A stretch of DNA of 64,000 nt from assembly GCA_907165135.1 (NCBI GenBank), contig OU015567.1:15004001-15068000 (forward strand), given 5' to 3'. Position 1 is the first letter of the stretch. Each line of letters opens with the position of its first letter. The translations under genes were made by a program, and so were the position numbers. Of the stretch, positions 59,044 to 64,000 are shown piece after piece. Origin of the DNA: Oikopleura dioica. Taxonomy: Eukaryota > Animalia > Chordata. The notes beneath the pieces were generated by a model. The model did not search any database, had not been told where the DNA came from, and saw nothing but the letters and a program-made list of their open reading frames with translations.

Positions 59044-59794
59044 ATGTATCGGACGCAAGTTTTATGGCGAGGGACGCATTTGAAAACCCGTCGAATAAAC
59101 ACTGAGTTGCCCATTCGCATCCACTATCGGATCAATCTTGACGCTCACAAATCGAGACTGCCTCTAGCGCGCATCGAGCTCTTTCCCGACCTCGGCAAAT
59201 CCATCGTCACTTGCTTCGGCATCACTTATATCGCCGATGCCCTGGCGCAGAGCATTTGGAATAGGTCTACTGAAGACCTAGACCAGCGGAGAATGAAAAA
59301 TATGGCCATTGCGGCTGTTCCTTTGGGAATTTGGTATTCGGCTTGGTTTTCATTCTTGGGTAGATATTTCGACCGAGAAACAGCTTTAATTTTTCTTATC
59401 AGACTTTCATCTCAAAAAAGCGCCTTTCACCTCAGCCCTCATTGATACTCTCTTCCTACCTGCAGTGCACGCCATTTTCCTCATTCCCTTTCACATCATT
59501 CATGACAACAAGGTATACAACTGAGCATCTTCGCTGTTTCCTCAAGATATTCAGGTGCTGAATCATAATTTGTCGCACGCAGAACTTATCTCAGAAATTG
59601 GGTCGCTCTGGTTTCTCGACTGGTTGATTTATTTTCCGCTTCAAATTATCAACTTTGCTTTTGTAAAAAGTCACTTACTGAAAATCGTTAATGTGCAAAT
59701 AATCGACTTGGTGATTGATATTCTTGCATCTATGGTCATCAACGATGGCCTTGATCCTATTACCTCTGTGAAAAATTATCTCCATTCTAACTAA
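59044..59794 (+). CDS. Mpv17/PMP22-family membrane protein
   Basis: IADALAQ..LDQRRMKNM..PLGIWYSAWFSFL and C-terminal LWFLDWLIYFPLQIINFAFV; two GT-AG introns. Confidence 0.8.
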
Positions 59795-59904
59795 CAGATA
59801 TTTTCTTTTACTTAAATCACGGATAAAGAAAGAAGCAAAATCATGAAGATTTTTGATTGAAGAATTAAGATGATCGTTTGGAGTGACGATTCCGCGGCAA
59901 AAGG

Positions 59905-62110
59905 ATGAGTCGCTCGATCCAACATTTTATTCGCGAAAGACGTAATGGCCGCAAGAGACAACTGCCTCTCCCGTCTTGGAACGAAGATTTCATCCATAGA
60001 CTGGGCATATCGACTATTTTGGAAGGACACACTGGTTGCGTGAACTGTATTGAATGGGACAGGGACGGCACTCTTCTTGTTTCTGGATCAGATGATCAGT
60101 ACATTCGAATCTGGCGACCGCATGCGGTCGGTAAACCGTTCCGACGATCCGCAGAAGAACCAGCTAATTTAGAGTGAGAGTTCAGAATCATCATAAATTT
60201 GGGAAAAATTGAATCACTTAGCAACCAATTTTGATCTCGCCGATAGACCAGCCAATCTCAGTCAGAAACATAGTATCCCCGATCACTTCCATCAAAACTC
60301 CCCACACAAGGAACATCTTTGCCACTCGTTTCTTCGACAACCAGAGCAAGATCGTCTCCGGCGCAGCAGATCATCACGTCCACGTGACTGATCTTACAAC
60401 CCAGGAAGTGTGCTACACGAAGTCCTTCGAAAACCGCGTCAAGAAAGTCTCGGTCGTGGACAACTACGTTTTCCTCTCTGCTGTCGAAGATGGCACTGTT
60501 CAGTTGTCGGACGTTCGCGTTGGCGCCAGCTACCCAAGTACGACTAGCTGGAAGTGCACGTCTCATTTATTTTAGTTTTTTCGATCTCCTCTTCTAACTT
60601 GCCCCGCGCTGCAAACATTACCGAAGTGAAGTCGATCGATTACCACAAAAGGACGAACATGGTCGCTGTCGGTTCCGGTGGCGGGCTCGTTCGCATCTTC
60701 GACGTTCGCTTCGACAAGGAGCCAACGGTGAAGCTCATGTTCGGCAAAATGTACTTTCCCGGGCATTGTGATCGCGATCGAGGAAATTACTCGGTGACGC
60801 ATGTTACTTTCTCACAAGATGGAAGCGAGCTTCTTGCGAATATGGGGTCTGAGTACGTTTACCTCTATGATGTCAAAAACCCAACTCTGACGAGTCTCAA
60901 GCTCCCCGACTTTGATTCATCGCCAGAGGAGCCTCCCTTACTGCCAGAAAAAGCAGATGAACTGAAAAGGGAGGGGAATTATTTGTTCTCCGAGACGCAG
61001 TTTTTCGGCGCGTATCAGACTTATCTCGACGCATTACGGATCTGTCCCGGCCATCCAGTTTTATTAAACAACGCTGCAAGTGCTCTGATGAACCGGAAAA
61101 TCATCGGCGACAAGGTGAATTGCGCCTTCAATCAAGTAATAACAAGCATTTTTCAGTACGAGAGTTTCTTGTTCTGCCAGCGCGCTTTGAAGAAATGCTC
61201 AAAATATCGCAAAGCTAGAATTCGCGCAATCAAGCTTCTCAGAAACATCGATTTATTAGCAGCGAAAGCTGAGGCAGAAAAACTGCTCGAGTATGATGTT
61301 CAAAATTCCGACAAGAAAGAAGTTGCTGCATCGAGAAAAATACTAGACGTAATAAATTACTCGAGCCGCAATAAAGATTAATTTACTCTCGCTAGGGAAT
61401 TTTAAAAGTGCTGGACGACATTCCAGATGACGAGGAAGAGGAGGAGGATGGCTCGGCCCCGATCTGGCTGGACTACAAGGTAATAATCTGCGATTTTCCG
61501 CGCGCATAATTACGTTGAACAGAATCGATTTGTCGGCCACTACAACTGCCAAACTGACATAAAAGAAGCCAGCTTTCTCGGAAGTGAATTCATCGCGGCG
61601 GGCTCCGATTGTGGCAATTTATTTGTTTGGCGACGCGACGGAAAATTACTTTTCATCGCGAAGGTTTGTGATTTAATTTTGAAAAGCCAGCCGCGATTAA
61701 ACAAAAAAGAAGAAAACTGAAACGGAAGCGCACTTTTTTGAAAGCTTTGATTGATTTCAGACAATTGTATATTATCGCGGCTAATAAGGCCTTTGAAGCA
61801 AATACAAATAGTATTAAGGGGGATGAAAATATTCTAAATTGCGTTCAACCAAATCCCAAATTGACCTCAATTGCTACGTCCGGCATCGATAATGAAATCA
61901 AGCTCTGGCAGCCTGTAGACGAGTCTCAGTCCGACTCGTACAACTCTAAGGATTCTTCAAATGGAATGGTGGAGCATGTCGAGGTATTTTCGATCTTCAT
62001 CGTCATTTCATTGACGGTTATTTCAGGAAAACACTGAATACCTGAGGCAGCATGTTCGCCAAGATACTGAGCTACTGGCACACATGAGTAGCCAATGCGT
62101 GCAGCAATGA
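59905..62110 (+). CDS. WDTC1: WD and tetratricopeptide repeat protein 1 (DCAF9/adipose)
   Basis: FIHRLG..LEGHTGCVNCIEW..LVSGSDD, TPR ELKREGNYLF, RFVGHYNCQTDIKEASF..GSDCG, VQPNP..ATSGID; ends CVQQ*. Confidence 0.92.
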
Positions 62111-63541
62111 ATACCTTTTATACTGTGACTTCATCTTCGTCCATCTTACATGTTCAAAACGGATACATACGGATAATAAATAGATCTTTTCCTAATTACG
62201 TTTACTCGCTTACCCGGAGTTCATGCGTTGAACACTTAGTCAGATAAGAATTGTTGATTTTCTTTTTGCGCAAATTGGCATTCAAAAGCTTCTGAAGCTA
62301 TCGGAGGTCTGGAAGAATTTGTATCATGTGTACGATACAGTAGCGCGGCGACTTTGATCTAAAGAGAGATTGTTGAACGAAGGCGTTAGATGAGAAGACC
62401 CCTCTGATGGCACGCAGGGCTCGTCTCATCCGGGTCAAGTGGCTGACGTTTTCAGGCTTCACGTCACCCCAGAAAGAACCCTTGACGACTTATGTATCGT
62501 TGATTTAAGTATTCAAACAAGGGTCGCGTCACTTTTGAAGTTGTTCTGTATACTTTGTGTTGCTGAACTTTTCCGTTCGTAAAATAACGGAATGATTGAG
62601 CGTTTTTTTTATTAAAATCCGCGCATTTCCGTTCCTAGAGAGTACACTTAGCGTGGCCAGGTGCCAATATAACGGGTTTCTAGTTTATCTCTGTATTGTC
62701 TATTCAGACAAATATTGGGTAAGCTCTTTTCTGGATGATGTCCAGGGCCGCTCTGAATTCACTGCCATTATCTCACTCTGTATTGAGCGCAAGTCGAGCG
62801 CGAATAAACCGGCGAGTGTTATTTCCTCAGCATTGTACCTCTTGATTATGTTACTGTAATCGTAAGCAGCATTTTCCGGCGAAGAATTTATTCCTGCACT
62901 CGTAATTGCACAATCGCCGCATTTTCGAAATGCCAATCGAATTGCAACTGGCAATTTAGCAACTGTTAGAAATACTGTCTACTTTCTTGATCTACCATTT
63001 TAAACCTCTGTGAACTGGGCTTTTTCATGGAGATTAGACTTCATAATCTACGCCGAACGTTGGTTAGACAGAGGTAGATTGCGTCTAGCCTTGGTTACTT
63101 CGTTCGATGATGAACGGCATTTCAGAAAATTCTAGTTTTTCGACAAACTAAAGTTTGCTCAAAAAGATGTAACAGAATCAGCGGAGGAGGAACTCCCCGG
63201 AAGAATGATTTTAATTACACCCTTTACGAGATTGATCATCTCAAGATTTTACGTCCTGACCTAAATATATAACGGAATCGACTTTACGTCTGGGCTCATG
63301 GGTTTTATGACCCTTCGCTGGGACGCCATATAAAAGTCGATCAAACTAATGTTATCTCATTCATTCTTCGTTGAGAGAGAAACCCTCAGAGTTCTTTTGA
63401 ATTCGGACAGGGCACTAGTGAGTTTTATTTCACTGGAGCTTTAAAGGTTTTCTTCTAGGGATACTAGTAGAAAAACCACGCCCACTTCAAAGCGTTTTTT
63501 GTTATATTTTTTTTGAAAAACAAGAGAAGAAGCAGAGAGAA

Positions 63542-64000
63542 ATGGGAGGTAGCAAGTCGAAACTTTCCAAGGCCGAGATCAAGAAGCTCGAAGCAAACAC
63601 TAAATTCACAAAAGCCGAGATTCTCAGATGGTACAAGGGCTTTATCCAGGTACGACACGAACTGATGCCTGATAGCATCGCGATTAGCATGCTTTTTTCC
63701 TAGTCAGCAACAACCGCTCTTTATTTCTGTATTTGAGCTCTTGTAATAAGCAAGGATTGCAACCATGAATTTCGTAAATTTACCCTTCTGAGCATACATT
63801 GTAGATTTTCTGAAAATTTCGTAGTTGTCCATAAATGTCACATGCTATTATAAATGAAACGTTCAGGATTGTCCATCTGGTGAGCTCAGCAGAAACGACT
63901 TCACGGACATCTACGCGGGCTTCTTTCCAAAGGGAAATGCTGGCGAATTCGCCCACATGGTCTTCCAGGTACTCATATTGGTCAAACTCATAAAACCCCA
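63542..64000 (+). CDS. Neuronal calcium sensor family protein (NCS-1/hippocalcin-like), 5' part
   Basis: MGGSKSKL myristoylation motif; TKFTKAEILRWYKGFIQ|DCPSGEL..IYAGFFPKGNAGEFAHMVF; exons 63542-63649 and 63867-63968; runs off the window. Confidence 0.92.

Overview
Eukaryotic, very compact animal genomic DNA. Introns are mostly ~40-60 nt, several have GA donors, genes sit in same-strand runs with 110-390 nt gaps, and AG acceptors lie just upstream of start codons. This pattern matches the larvacean tunicate Oikopleura (inference; species not verifiable here). All gene models were assembled by hand from splice sites and reading-frame phase. Recognisable conserved genes: TGS1 (partial), LRRC74-like, DCUN1D1, BRD7/9, CAND1, NDUFV3, RBM25, CRIP1, hnRNP K-like, IFT57, TM9SF3, ANKMY2, CARS1, LENG1, MEIG1, MPV17-family, WDTC1 and a partial neuronal calcium sensor. 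Most notable observations: (1) a divergent six-exon TGF-beta ligand whose mature domain is absent from the ORF track; (2) a bacterial MaeB-type malic enzyme with six spliceosomal introns (HGT candidate), interrupted in exon 1 by a complete 3.3-kb hAT transposon; (3) nested hAT MITEs in a LENG1 exon whose terminal repeats provide in-frame GT/AG splice sites (introner-like); (4) a kinase-less IRE1/RNase L-type KEN ribonuclease; (5) a Met/Leu-Asp/Ser block-repeat secreted protein; (6) possible dual targeting of CysRS through alternative acceptors. No rRNA, tRNA or CRISPR array was recognised.
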